From Octopus sinensis (lineage: Eukaryota): a DNA stretch of 64,000 nucleotides. This document shows, piece by piece, positions 51,370 through 64,000 of this stretch. Made by a program: the position numbers and the translations under genes. The stretch covers positions 6,696,001 through 6,760,000 of the forward strand of contig NC_043003.1 in assembly GCF_006345805.1 (NCBI RefSeq), in the 5' to 3' direction. Each line of letters begins with the position of its first letter. Position 1 is the stretch's first letter. Below the pieces are notes generated by a model, which worked only from the letters and a program-made list of their open reading frames with translations, ran no database searches and was not told the origin of the DNA.

Positions 51370-54300
51370 ATCATCATCATCGATTAACATCCGTTTTCCA
51401 TGCAGGCATAGGTTGGACGGTTTGACTGAGATCTGGAGAGCCAGCAGCTGTTCCAGTGTCCAATCTGGTCTGGCAGAGTTTCTACACCTGGATGCCCTTC
51501 CTAACGCCAACCACTCCAAGAGTGTAGTGGGTGCTTTTTACGTGCCACCAGCACAGGCGCCAGTAAAGTAGGCTTAGCAATGATCACGTTCAGATGGTGC
51601 TATTTATGTGCCACTGGCACAGGAGCCAGTCAGGTGGACCTAGCATCGACCACATTCGGATAGTGCTTTTTCTGTGCCATCGGCACGGGAACCAGCCACG
51701 GTGCACCGGCCCCCAGCTACGATATTGGTTTTACTTGACTCAACAGGTCTTCTCAAGCATGTCATATTGCCTGATGCATCATGAGTATCCTTAACAGGGT
51801 TGAACATGCATGGCTGCAATTTCACTTTAGTTGCCAGGTCTTCTCAATCACAACATATCTCCAAAGATCCCGGTCTCCTGTCATTGCCCCTGTGAGGCCC
51901 AATGTTCGAACGTCATGCTTCACCACCTCATCCCATGTCTTCCAGGGTCTACCTCTTCCACAGGTTCCTTCAAAAGTTAGGGAGTGGCACTTCCTCACAC
52001 AGCTGTCTTTGTTCATACATAACACATGGCCATACCAGCACAGTCGCCTCTCTTGCACACCACATTTGATGCTTCTGATGCCAAACTTGTCTTTCAGGGT
52101 GTTGGTAGAAACTCCTTGCAATGTACCCGGTGTAAGCTACAGACACATAAAAGGTGCAGCAATATTAAAGGAAGATTAATTAACTGGGAAAATAGTTTTT
52201 GTGTGTGGCAGATGCACAGGAGCAGTAAACACTGAAGATGTACAGAAAACAGATTCCATCACTTGCCAGGGGAAGAAACTAGTAGTTAATAGCTACTTCT
52301 ACCTAGGCAACCAAGTCTGTAGTGGAGTTGTTGTGCTGCGACTAGAGTAAGAATAGCCTGAGCAAAGTTCAGGGAGCTCCTACCTCTTCTGGCAACTAAG
52401 GGCCTCTCGCTCAGGGTGAAAGGTAGACTGTATGATGCATGTGTGCATACACTCTGTCGTGTATGCACACTGACATTACACATCCAGCAGAGCATACTAG
52501 CTTCATTTCTTTCAAGCCTGCACATGTCCTCAGCATTCATGGCCCATGTTTCACTGCCATGTAGCATGGCAGTTTGCACACATGCATCATACAGTCTACC
52601 TTTCACCCTGAGCGAGAGGCCCTTAGTTGCCAGAAGAGGTAGGAGCTCCCTGAACTTTGCTCAGGCTATTCTTACTCTAGTCGCAGCACAACAACTCCAC
52701 TACAGACTTGGTTGCCTAGGTAGAAGTAGCTATTAACTACTAGTTTCTTCCCCTGGCAAGTGAGGGAATCTGTTTTCTGTACATCTTCAGTGTTTACTGC
52801 TCCTGTGCATCTGCCACACACAAAAACTATTTTCCCAGTTAATTAATCTTCCTTTAATATTGCTGCACCTTTTATGTGTCTGTAGCTTACACCGGGTACA
52901 TTGCAAGGAGTTTCTACCAACACCTTTTTTACAAGTTGAGCAGGACCATCCACCTGAAGAGGTTTGTGATTTGTCTGCCTTCCTACTTGCTAAGACTTTG
53001 GTTTTTCCTAGGTCAACTGTAAGGCCCTTCAATTCTAGACCTCACTTTCACACCCTAAACTTTGTTTCCAATTCTGGCAGTGACTCGGCTATTAGAGCAA
53101 TGTTATCAGCATAGAGAAGCTCCCAGGGGCAGCCTGTCTTGAATTCCTCTGTTATTATCTGTAGGACTGTAATGAACAAGAGGGGGCTGAGGACTGATTC
53201 CTGGTGAACCCCTACTTCTACTCGGAATTCTTCACTATACTCGTTGGCAACCCTCACCTTACTGATAGTGTCCCTGTGCAGAGCTTGTACAGCTCTTACC
53301 AGCCACTCGTCTATTGCCAGTTTCCACATTGACCACCAGAAAAGGGATCAGAGGACCCTGTCAAAGGCTTTCTCCAAGTCAACAAAAGCCAAGTACAAAG
53401 GTTTATCTTTGGCTACGTATTTCTCATGCAGTTTCCTTACCAGAAATATAACATCAATGGTGCAAAAGCCAAACTGCATCTCATCTAGGCTAACTCTCTC
53501 CCTAATTAGTTGGACTATGATCATCTCTGTAACTTTCATCACCTGATCCAACAATTTGATACCTCTGTAATTATTTCTATCTAAGGCATCACCTTTACCT
53601 TTGTAGCAGTTGACTATGGTACTGCTACACCAGTCATTGGGTATGACTCCTTCATGAACCACCTGATTTACAATACAGGTGACTAGACCATAACCCACAC
53701 CACCCAATATTTTAAGCATCCTAGCAGTGATTCCTGATGGGCCAGGTGCTTTCCCTGTCTTCATATCCTTAATAGCTTTATCTACCTGGGTACTGTCGAT
53801 TTGATTAGCTGGTCCCTCAATTGGGTCAACCTTTGACAAATTCTCCTCCTCCCATTCATTCTCCACATTTAGCAGTCTTTCATAATGGCTTCTCCAAGCC
53901 TCTTCCTTTGCAGAATCATTAAACGCAAGGGCACCATCATCCATGTGGACACATTTCTCTCCTATGACATCCTGTGACATCACGGTTTTCTCTCACACAC
54001 TGTCTTGCAATCCGAAATACTTCAGTTCTTTGTTCCTCACATTGCTGAACATTGGCAAACTTCTTTTCTGCTACTCCTTTGGCTATATATATACTCGTCT
54101 CTTAGCTTCCCTTTTGGCTATCTGATACATTCTCCTGTTACCCTAGTTCTGGAAGGGACTTAGCACCAGCCACAGATTTGGTCTGTGGCACTCAGCAAGC
54201 TGTCTTGCAGGAATTCCTAGCTGCCTTCTATGTCACAGGACTGTAGCTTCTCCTCCCTATCATCAAATTTCTCAGTAAGGATATCCCTAAATCTCTGACC

Positions 54301-55000
54301 ATGTGAAGGGTTCTTAAGCTTCCAAGTCATTCTTTTCCAGATTGGTCTGGTTTTGGCCTCAAGTCTAAAGTCACTAATAACTAGTCTATGTTCGGGGGTA
54401 CATTCTTCACCAGGGAGGGTCTTTGTATTTAAGAGCAACCATGTATCTGGTGAGAATGAAATCAATCTGGCTAGCGGAGTCACCTCACTGATAGGTTATC
54501 AGGTGGCTAGCTGGCTTTCTGAAGCTGGTGTTGCAGATCAATAGGTTATTTGCATCGCAGAACTCCAGGAGCCTAGTTCCCTCTTCCTTTCTGGTACCAA
54601 CTCCATGGCTCCCATGTATACCATGTAAGATACCAGATTGCTGTCCGACATGCCCATTAAAATCTCCAGCTACAAAGATAAGATCATTATCACTCGTCTT
54701 TGAGGTAGCCTGTAGAAGAATATCATAAAAGTGATCCTTCTGTTCCTTTGGTAGGCCCGCTTGTGGGACGTAGGCAGGGATAATTGTAGCTATGCAATCC
54801 TACAAGACTAGCCTGAGCTTAAGTACTCTATCGCATACCCTCACAACCTCTACGACATTATCCACCCATTTCTCTGCAAGAAGTATGCCCACACCCCCTA
54901 TTCCATCACTATGTGCTTTGCCTATGAGGATTCTGGCTGAAGTTCATCTCCATCTTACCTCTTGTATGCAACATACATCAACACGCCTCCGTTCAAGCTA
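51370..55000 (-). mobile_element. Near full-length degenerate RTE LINE with an internal inverted duplication
   Basis: Endonuclease remnants, GKAPGPSGI, NYRGIKLL, FVDLEKAFD and LLYADN motifs, 3' (GAT)n tail. Confidence 0.92.
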
Positions 55001-55607
55001 ACCACATATATAAACTAAAAGAAAACAGTGCACCATCAATACTGGAGCACCATACCAGGGCATAAATGTCCCATGCTGGTTGCACTTAAAGGGATCAATA
55101 CAAATCCTATTGTGTAATCTACAGAACAGGCAAAATTATATGCTTACCACTTCTGTCCACAGATTCTTCAAAACTTTCTAATTTTGTCACAAATCTAAAT
55201 GAAGCACTTTGAATGTCTCCACAATTCTCACCCACATTAATTAAAAATACATCATATGCTTATTTAATTAAATCTAATTCATTTTGTAGTGCACCACTTC
55301 ATTTCTGGTCTTTTTCTATGATTAACATTCTATAAATTGTTATATTTCGAGATAGTCATTTTATTTATTTGCTAAATAAACACACTGACTATGTATATTT
55401 TTTCCTTCACTTGTTTATTACTGTTGTTTAATGATTCTAATGCCAGTCCATTGTCCAGAAATCTGTGAACTCTTCAGCGACACTTTTTGTTTCCGTGTGT
55501 GTTCTTGCTCCACTTATTTCTGAAGAGGTCACAGATGTGTGAGGAAACACTTCCAGACAGTGGACAGGCGTTAAAATAATAAAACAGTAATAAATGAGTG
55601 AAGAAAT

Positions 55608-56357
55608 CATCATCATCATCATCATCGTTTAGCATCCGTTTTCCATGCTAGCATGGGTTGGACGGTTCAACTGGGGTCTGTGAAGCCGGAAGGCTTCATC
55701 AGGCCTAGTCAGATCTGGCAGTGTTTCTACGGCTGGATGCTCTTCCTAACGCCAACCACTCCGTGAGTGTAGTGGGTGCTTTTTACGTGCCACCCGCACA
55801 GGTGCCAGACGGAGCTGGCAAACGGCCACAAACGGATGGTGCTTTTTATGTGCCACCGGCACGGGGGCCAGACGAGGCTGGCAATATATATACATGTATA
55901 TATATGCACACAATTTAGATTCAGATGGCACGTAAGAGAACCATCCGAATGTGGCTGTCGCCAGCGCCGCCCTGACTGGCCTCGTGCCGGTAGCACGGAA
56001 AAAACACCATCCGTTTGGGGCCGTTACCAGCCTTGCCTGGCCCCCATGCCGGTGGCACGTAGAAAACACCATCTGTTCGTGGCTGTTGCCAGCCTCGCCT
56101 CGCCCCCGTGCCGGTGGCACGTAAAAAGCACCATCCGATCGTGGCCATTTCCCAGCCCCGTCTGGCACCTGTGCCAGTGGCACATAAAAAGCACCCACTA
56201 CACTCACGGAGTGGTTGGCATTAGGAAGGGCATCCAGCCATAGAAACATTGCCCAATCAGATTGGGCCTAGTGCAGCCTTCTGGCTTCCCAGACCCCAGT
56301 TGAACCATCCAACCCATGCTAGCATGGAAAGCGGACGTTAAACGATGATGATGATGA
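55608..56357. mobile_element. Two RTE 3'UTR fragments in inverted orientation; the second has a 24-bp TSD
   Basis: atgcacacaatttagattcagatg at 55904-55927 and 56357-56380. Confidence 0.88.
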
Positions 56358-56485
56358 TGCACACAATTTAGATTCAGATGAATTAGGTACTTAAGTTGAG
56401 ACACCAGAATTTAGTACGGTATTATCCATACAGTTTCAAAATAAGGTGATTAAAATCAAATAAGCAACAAGGATATCCAGCAGTA

Positions 56486-56573
56486 ATGCAGTATGATCAT
56501 TTCAAGAGAATCCATTTAATTGAACAGTGCAACCATTACATCAATTTAAATGCAGAGCAATCCTCAGCTGCAT
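56486..56573 (-). ncRNA. Type I hammerhead ribozyme motif in a Penelope-like repeat (about 56390-57400)
   Basis: atgcag-CTGAGGA-[catttaaattga...tcaattaaatg]-GAAA-T-GATC-A-TA-ctgcat; 6-bp stem I, base of stem II degenerate. Confidence 0.65.
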
Positions 56574-57407
56574 AAATAACATAGAATTAAGTTAAATTAA
56601 AACAGATGGACACATTAGTATAATTTTACCTAAAACCTTCAAGAAGGTAAGGAGATAGACAAAGAACATGATGTCTTCACTTCAGCTTGGAAGCTACTAA
56701 GGTATCGGGAAGAAAGACTTGTTAGAGATCTAGCTTGTCACTGTTTTTTGGGGGTCAGTTTTAATTTATAGTCTTGTTCATCAAATCTTTGTATATCAAA
56801 ATCTAAGGCCAAGGAACAAGAAGCAGTGTCTGTTAGGAAAGGGGCTGAGGGTATCGACAGAAATCATAGTGGATAATGTCATGAAACTATCAAGATTAAT
56901 TTGAAGCAATATCATGAGATTTGGTAACGGAAATCTTAAATCAAGATGGAAGTTGATAATTAAAGGGACAAAACTCTAGTAAACCAATGATAATACAAGA
57001 AAAATTTTATCATAGTTATACTATATTTTATACTATAGTTGAATACTTTAAACAATATTGCCATATTGTATAAAGTTAAAATATAGGGTTATTAAAAAAT
57101 ATATTAAGAAGAATACCATAACAAAAGGATATTTTTTTTAATACTTTAGAATATATACCAAATTTTACGACAAGGAGGAAAGAAAATTACACAGAAATAG
57201 TTTAATATTTATACATATTATACTTAAATATTAACTTATTAAATAGTATCTATGACGATTGATCATTGGCATTTACTGGTATTTAATAAAGGAGTACTGG
57301 GGTGAAAGAACATGCTAACTATATATTAATTAAATTATAATCTAAGCAGTTTATTTTAAGTTGTGAAGATAACTAAAAATGAATTTATAGGGGTACAAAA
57401 ATTATAT

Positions 57408-57740
57408 AATAATAATGAAATTATTGTATACAGTGCTCAGGTGCACCACAGCTTGTCAGAAAGTGCATATAAAGTATATGCAGTAATGTACAAATGTCTG
57501 GGAAGTGAACAGTGTATGAGTCAGATACATGCTTGCGTGTGTAAGGAGGGGAGGAAATCAGGTGTAGTGTTGGCGAATCTCTCAGGAAGCATGGAAGTGT
57601 TGAAGGATGCAGTGATCCGACAACCAACAATTGATGCCGGCAGTTTGTTCCATGCTTCAGCAACTCTCAGCGTGAAGAAATGTTTCCTAAAGTCATGGGA
57701 GCTGTGCTGTTTTCTGACTTTGTAAACATGTCCACGGGTG
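57408..57740 (-). mobile_element. CR1-like LINE 3' end
   Basis: RGHVYKVRKQHSSHDFRKHFFTLRVAEAWNKLP. Confidence 0.8.
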
Positions 57741-58225
57741 TTATGTATGTATGTGTGTGTATGTATATATGTGTGTATATGCATATGTATATATGTATGT
57801 ATGTGTGAGCATCTGTATGTGTGTATCCTGCATATTTATATGCTCGCGTGTCCGTGTTTGTGTATTTTCTATGTGTGTGTGTGTGAGCATGTGTTTGTAT
57901 ATGTATGCACCTTTGTTGCCTTGTGTGTGCATGTCTGTGTGTGTGTGCGTGTGTGTGTGTGTGTTATGCAACTATGTACCATGTTTGTATGTATGGATGT
58001 ACATCTTTATACGTGTGGATCCTTGTCTCCATATGGATCTATTCTTATAGCCTATATACCTATCTGTCTGTATATTGATCTGTTTATTTTCATATCTATA
58101 TGCTTACATACAAAAAAAAAAGAAGAAAAAGTGCATTCACACCCACATACATACATTTATCTACCTAACAGTCCACTAACTATTCTACTCTACCTGTGTA
58201 AACTGTGGGTATGGAGGTATGGTAT

Positions 58226-58500
58226 TTATTGTGTATATTTCCTATTTAGTATTGGGGAGGTTTCATTTATAAGGACGTACTCCCGTATTTGTCTGAGTGT
58301 TGGGTCTTTTGGGTGCTTGGATAAGATGCGGATGTCAAGTTGACACAAGTTGCCTCCATGGTGGTCTTTGGCATGTTGGTAAAGTATGGAGGACTGTTTT
58401 CTGTTGTCATATTGTCTTAGATGTTCATTTATATGTTCCGCAATGCTCCTAGACGTCTCCCCTATGTACGTCATGTTCATATCACAGCGTAAGATGCATA
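58226..58500 (-). mobile_element. Penelope-like GIY-YIG endonuclease C-terminal fragment
   Basis: YIGETSRSIAEHINEH...HAKDHH...LRQIREYVLINETSPILN. Confidence 0.8.
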
Positions 58501-58504
58501 CATG

Positions 58505-61500
58505 GTGCTTGTAAAGACATGAACACGACGTACTCTTAACGCTCCACTAGCATGGATGCCAGTCATCGAATTTGATTTTGATTTCACTTGCCTCAACAGG
58601 TCTTTGCAAGCAGAGTTTAGTGTCCAATGAAGGAAAGGTACACATAAATGGACTGGTTACACCCCTGGCGTAGACCACAAGGTTATGGTCTCACTTGGCT
58701 TGCCGAGTCTTCTCAAGCATAGCATATTTCCAAAGGTCCCAGCCACTAGTCATTGCCTCGGTGAGGCCCAATGTTTAAAGGTCATGCTTCACCACCTCAT
58801 CCCAAGTCTTCCTGGGTCTACCTCTTCCACAGGTTCCCTCAACCGCTAGGGTGTAGCACTTTTCCACACAGCTATCCTCATCCATTCTCGCCACAAGACC
58901 ATACCAGCGCAGTCGTCTCTCTTGCACACCACATCTGATGCTTCTTAGGTCCAACATTTCTCTCAAAGTACTTACACTCTGTCGAATATACGCACTAACA
59001 TTACACATCCATCGGATCATACTGGCTTCATTCCTTGCGAGCTTACGCATGTCCTCAGTAGTCACGGCCCATGTTTCACTGCCATGTAGCATGGCTGTTC
59101 GTACACATGCATCATACAGCCTACCTTTTACTCTGAGTGAGAGGCCCTTTGTCACCAGCAGAGGTAAGAGCTCTCTGAACTTTGCCCAGGCAATTCTTAT
59201 TCTAGCAGCTACACCTTCGGTGCACCCTCCCCCGCTATTGACCTGGTCACCTAGGTAATGGAAGCTATCAACTATTTCTAGTTTTCCTCCCTGGAATGTG
59301 GTGGAAGTTGTTCTCTGCACATTTTCAGTGTTATTTATTGCTCCCAAGCATCTGCCACATACAAAAACTATCTTCCCAGTTAGCCTTCCTTTGATATTGC
59401 TGCACCTCTTATGTGTCCATAGCTTACACTGGGTACATCTTATAGAGTTTCTACCTACACCTTTTCTACAGATCGAGCAGGGCCATCTACCTGAAGGCGT
59501 TTGTGATTTATCTACCTTCCTACTTATTAGGACTTTGGTTTTAGCTAGGTTGACTCTAAGTCCCTTCGATTCTAATCATTGCTTCCACACCTGAAACTTC
59601 TCCTCCAGTTCTGATAGTGACTCAGCAATTAGAGCAAGGTCATCAGCATAGAGGAGCTCCCTGGAGCATCCTGTCTTGAATTCCTCTGTTATTGCCTGGA
59701 GAACTATGATAAATAGGAGGGGGCTGAGGACTGAACCTTGGTGGACCCCTACCTCTACCCGGAATTCTTCACTGTACCCGTTGCCAACCCTCACCTTACT
59801 AACAGCGTCCCTGTACATAGCTCACACTAACCATTCATCTATCCCTAGTTTCCTCATTGACCACCAGATAAGGGATCGGAGGACCCTGTCAAAGGCTTTC
59901 TCCATATCAACGAAAGCCAGGTACAGAGGTTTATCTTTGGCAAGGTATTTCTCCTGCAGCTGTCTTACCAGGAATATAGCATCAGTGGTGCTTTTCCCTG
60001 GCACGAACCCAAACTGCATCTCATCTAAACTGACTTTCTCTCTAATTAGTTGGGTTATGACCCTCTCTGTGACCTTAATTACTTGATCCAGCAACTTGAT
60101 ACAATTATTTGTATCCAAAGCATCACCTTTACCTTTGTAGCAGTTGACTATGGTGCTGCTACACCAGTCATTGGGTATGACTCCTTCGTGTATCACCTGG
60201 TTAACTATGCAGGTGACTAGGCTATAGCTGACACTGCCAGATATTTTGAGCATCTCTGCAGTAATTCCTGATGGGCCTGGGGCTTTCCCTGTCTTCATAC
60301 TTTTAATTGCTTTATCTACCAACATCACGGTTCTCTCTCTCACACACTGTCTTGCAACACGAAATACCTCAAGTCTTTGGCCCTCACTGCACAGAACATT
60401 GGCAAATTCTTTCTTATCTGCTTCCCCTCTAGCTAAATAAACCTGTCTCCAAGATTCTCTTTTGGCAGTCGGATACAATTCCCTGCTACCACTGTTCTTC
60501 CAGTCCTTCCAAGCCTGTCTCTTTTCTCTAATAGCCCTGTCAACAACATTGTTCCACCACCACGTTATTTTGGGTCGAGCAGGGACTTTGCATCATCCAC
60601 AGATCTGGTCAGTGGCTCTCAGCAGGTTGTCCCGTAGAAAACTCCAGTTGTCTTCTACACCGTGTAATACTATATCTCCTTCTATTCCATCAAAGGCTTC
60701 GAGTAATATGTCTCTAAATCTCTGTCCATTCGCAGGATCTTTAAGCTCCCAGACCCTTCATGTTCATGTTGGCCGTCTTCTGGGCGTCAACTTAGCACTG
60801 ATCCTAAAGTCACTCACTACCAGTCTATGTTGTGGGGTACATTCTTCGTCTGGGAAGGTTTTGGCATTTATAAGCAGCCATCTTTCCCTTTTTCTGGCGA
60901 GGATGTAGTCAATTTGGCTAGTGTGTCTGCCAGAACAATAGGTGACTAAATGACTGGCAGGTTTCCTGAAGTTAGTATTGCAAACCATAAGATCATTTGC
61001 ATCGCAGAATTCCAGCAGCCTGGTCCCCTCCTCGTTGCGGGAACCATAACAGTAGCCTCCATGTACACCCCCTGTATGTTATCCAACATGTCCATTGAAG
61101 TCACCAGCCACAAAGAGAAGGTCCTTGTCATTCGTCAACGAGGTAGTCTGCAATAGGGTGTCATAGAATCGGTCTTTCTGTCCATCAGGTAGCCCCGACT
61201 GAGGGGCATAGGCCGAGATAATGGTTGCTAACCCATGGTGAAGCACTAATCTAATCTTAAGTATTCTGTCGCATACTCTGATACCTCAATTACCTTATCT
61301 ACCCATTTTTCAGTGAGAAGTATACCCACGTCCCCGACCCAGTCAGTGTTCTTTGCCTGTGAGGAACCTAGCAGAACCTCCTCTCCACCTTATTTCTTGG
61401 ATGCAGCACATATCAACACATCTCCGTTCAAGCAGCTCAACAATCTCACTAGACCTACCTTTCAGTGTGCCAACGTTGAGGGTGCCAACCCTGAGTGTGT

Positions 61501-61560
61501 GGGAGGTATGGGCCCATGAGACCCTGGGACGGGGGACAGTAGCTTCATGTACATGAAAAG
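58505..61560 (-). mobile_element. Near full-length RTE LINE (APE endonuclease + RT), frameshifted
   Basis: LRVGTLNVGTLKG, CCIQEIRWRG, SQIDYIL, FVDMEKAFD, GVHQGSVLSP, LLYADDL and LRWYG...GRPRKTW in order. Confidence 0.95.
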
Positions 61561-61719
61561 AAAACTCGCATTTGGCAGAATTCATAAACAAACAATACAG
61601 TAGCTTTCAGTTCAACCTGCATAACACTACACTTTCATATTTTTGCGCTATATGATCATTACCTTACATAGGAAATAGACCTAACTAGGGGGGGGGGATG
61701 GCGTAAAGCCTTTATAAGT

Positions 61720-63005
61720 GTTCATGGGAGGCAACCCAAGGATGACAAAGGATAGGAATGATCGGAACGATAGGAACTTCCGGTACAGGTTGAAGATGCT
61801 GTGAGTTTGAAATCAGCAAGAGGGCACAAAGTGATCTGGAATTCAAAGAGAAAGTCTGTGACAATACCATAAGTATGTTGATGTGTTGCAAAGTTGCAAA
61901 GTTGAAGTAAGAGTGGAACCAATCAAATTAGAGACTCACCTCAGAACCTGGTCAAAGAGATGAATCCCCTACCCAAATATGACAACAGTATTCCATCGTG
62001 ATCATCATCATCATCATCATCATTTAACGTCCGCTTTCCATGCTAGCATGGATTGGACGAATGACTGAGGGTTGGCGAACCAGATGGCTGCACCAGGCTC
62101 CAATCTTGATCTGGCAGGGTTTCTACAGCTGGATGCCCTTCCTAATGCCAACCACTCTGAGAGTGTAGTGGGTGCTTTTACGTGCCACCAGCACGGGGGC
62201 CAGTCAGGCGGCACTGGCAATGACCTCGCTTGAATCTTTTTACACATGCCACCGGCACAGGTGCCAGTAAGGCGATGCTGGTAATGATCACGCTTGAATG
62301 GTGTCTTTTGCGTGCCACCGGCATGGAGGCAAGATAGTCGCTCTGGCAACGATCGCACTCGGATGGTGCTCTTAACACCCTACTAGCACGGGGCTTGATT
62401 CCCAGTAAGGCGACGCTGGTAAAGATCACACTCGAACGGTACCTTTTAAGTGCCACTGGCACTGAAGCCGGTTAGCCGCTCTGTCAATGATCACACTTGT
62501 ATGGTGCTCTTTTCACCCCGCTATCACGGACGCCAGTCATCGAATTTGATTTTGATTTTGATACAAGGACAAATTCTGGACTTGTAAAGATACAAAATAG
62601 CTTTGAATGTGAGCTAGTCCTTTGACCAATACAATGAGCCAATTTTGGGGGAAGCAGACCAACCAATTGATTGTAAGAACCCCAAGAAAGTTCAGGTGAG
62701 AAAGTAAAACCAAGCAGATTCGAAGAAGACCTTTCCTCAAGTGGTTTCATCGTCTCACCATGTGATGCCGCAGACATGTAATTCATGTAAATGAGAGAAA
62801 GATAGGGGTCATGCTTCCTAGTGAAAGACAAGTTTGGTCTTGCCAAGGTTGAAAGTTACCAGCCATATCTCACCCAACTTTTTAATAGCCTGCAGGTCCA
62901 CCACAAGACTATTACTAAATTCCGGCCATGTCAAGTGAAAGTGATTTCTAGAAAAACCAAAATAGTGTCATCAGTGTAAACATTGATGAATTGAAGAACA
63001 TTGGC
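61720..63005 (-). mobile_element. Old non-RTE LINE RT fragment interrupted by an RTE tail (about 62000-62560)
   Basis: INVYTDDTILVF (YADD-like) and NLLGFTFSPELSW; highly degenerate. Confidence 0.55.
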
Positions 63006-63012
63006 AGAAAGA

Positions 63013-63853
63013 TCATCATTATCATCATCATCATCGTTTAATGTCCGTTTTCTATGCTGGCATGGGTTGGAGGGTTGGACAGTTCGACCGGGGTTGGGGA
63101 AGCCAGGAGACTGCACCAGGCTCCAATCTGATCTGGCGGTGTTTCTACAGCTGGATGCTCTTCCTAATGCCAACTACTCCATGAGTGTAGTGGGTGCTTT
63201 TTACGTACCAGGGGAGGCTGGCAGCGGCCACAATCAGTTGATGCTTTTTATGTGTCACTGGCACAGAAGCCAGTCAAGGCGGCGCTGGCATCGGTCATGT
63301 TTGGATGGTGCTTTTTACGTGCCACCAGCACAGGTATCACAACTACAATTTCCATTTGATATTTATTTTGATGTTGATAAACTTGACTCAATAGGTCTCC
63401 TGAAGCACAGCAGATCACCCTACGATCCAAGGTAAGCACAGCAGGTCGTTCTGCAATCCAAGGTACTTTGAATGGGCTGGGGCTGCTATGTGAAGCTGGT
63501 GCGGGAAACAGCCATGAACTTACGTTATTTGTCGGGTCTTCGCAGTCACAGCATATCTCCAGAGGTCTCGGTCTTTCGTCATTGCCTCTGTGAGACCCAA
63601 CGTTCGACGGTCATGCTTGACCACCTCATCCCATGTCTTACTGGGTCTATCTCTACCCAGGATTCCTTCAACTGTTTGAGAGTGGCATTTCTTCACACAT
63701 CTCTCCTCATCCATCCGTAGTTCATGACCATACTAGTGCAGACATCTCTCTTGCACGCCATATCCACTACTTCTTATGTCCAGCATTTCTCTCAGGGCAA
63801 TTACACTCTGTCGTGTAATCACACTGACATTACACATCCAGTGGATCATGCTA
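63013..63853 (-). mobile_element. RTE LINE 3' fragment
   Basis: MDEERCVKKCH...KTWDEVVKHD, 3'UTR and (GAT)n tail. Confidence 0.85.
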
Positions 63854-63868
63854 TATTTTTATTATGAA

Positions 63869-64000
63869 CTAGCAGTATCGCCCGGCGTTGCTCAGGTTTG
63901 TAAGGGAAATAACTATATAAGCATTTTTAGAGAGTTACTTCCCTTATATAATAGCAAAAAATGCATTAAAAGTGGGGAAAAAATGATGGTAAATTTTTGT
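63869..64000 (-). mobile_element. Helitron-like 3' end, continuing beyond the window
   Basis: a-ctag-cagtatcg-cccggcgttgctcagg reads on the minus strand as a GC-rich hairpin followed by CTAG|T. Confidence 0.55.

Noticed and set aside
55930-56200. CRISPR-like repeat/spacer appearance of the GTGCCGGTGGCACGTAAAAAGCACC arrays (also 18275, 62160 and others)
   Set aside because: The linkers are homologous to each other, the arrays are part of a LINE 3'UTR in a eukaryote, and there are no cas genes.

Overview
This is eukaryotic, repeat-rich animal genomic DNA. The RTE LINEs with (GAT)n tails, tRNA-derived SINEs and dense microsatellites suggest an octopod cephalopod, but that is an inference. Two host genes are supportable, both on the minus strand: an intronless 339-aa CDP-alcohol phosphotransferase of the ceramide phosphoethanolamine synthase (Cpes) type at 9225-10244, and a complete six-exon eIF3 subunit H gene (ATG 44066 to stop 21427, 996-nt CDS, 331 aa, all GT-AG introns with consistent phases). 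The rest is mostly transposon debris: RTE, CR1 and Penelope-like retroelements, three SINE families, a Tc1-like DD37E element with IR/DR ends, piggyBac-type elements and Helitrons. The most notable signals are several type I hammerhead ribozyme motifs with long stem II and palindromic stem III loops in Penelope-like AT-rich repeats (two inside an eIF3h intron), a possible phosphono-sphingolipid role for the Cpes homolog, a near-perfect 350-bp inverted duplication, and other dsRNA-forming structures. Repeat boundaries are approximate and read by eye; no database search or folding program was run.
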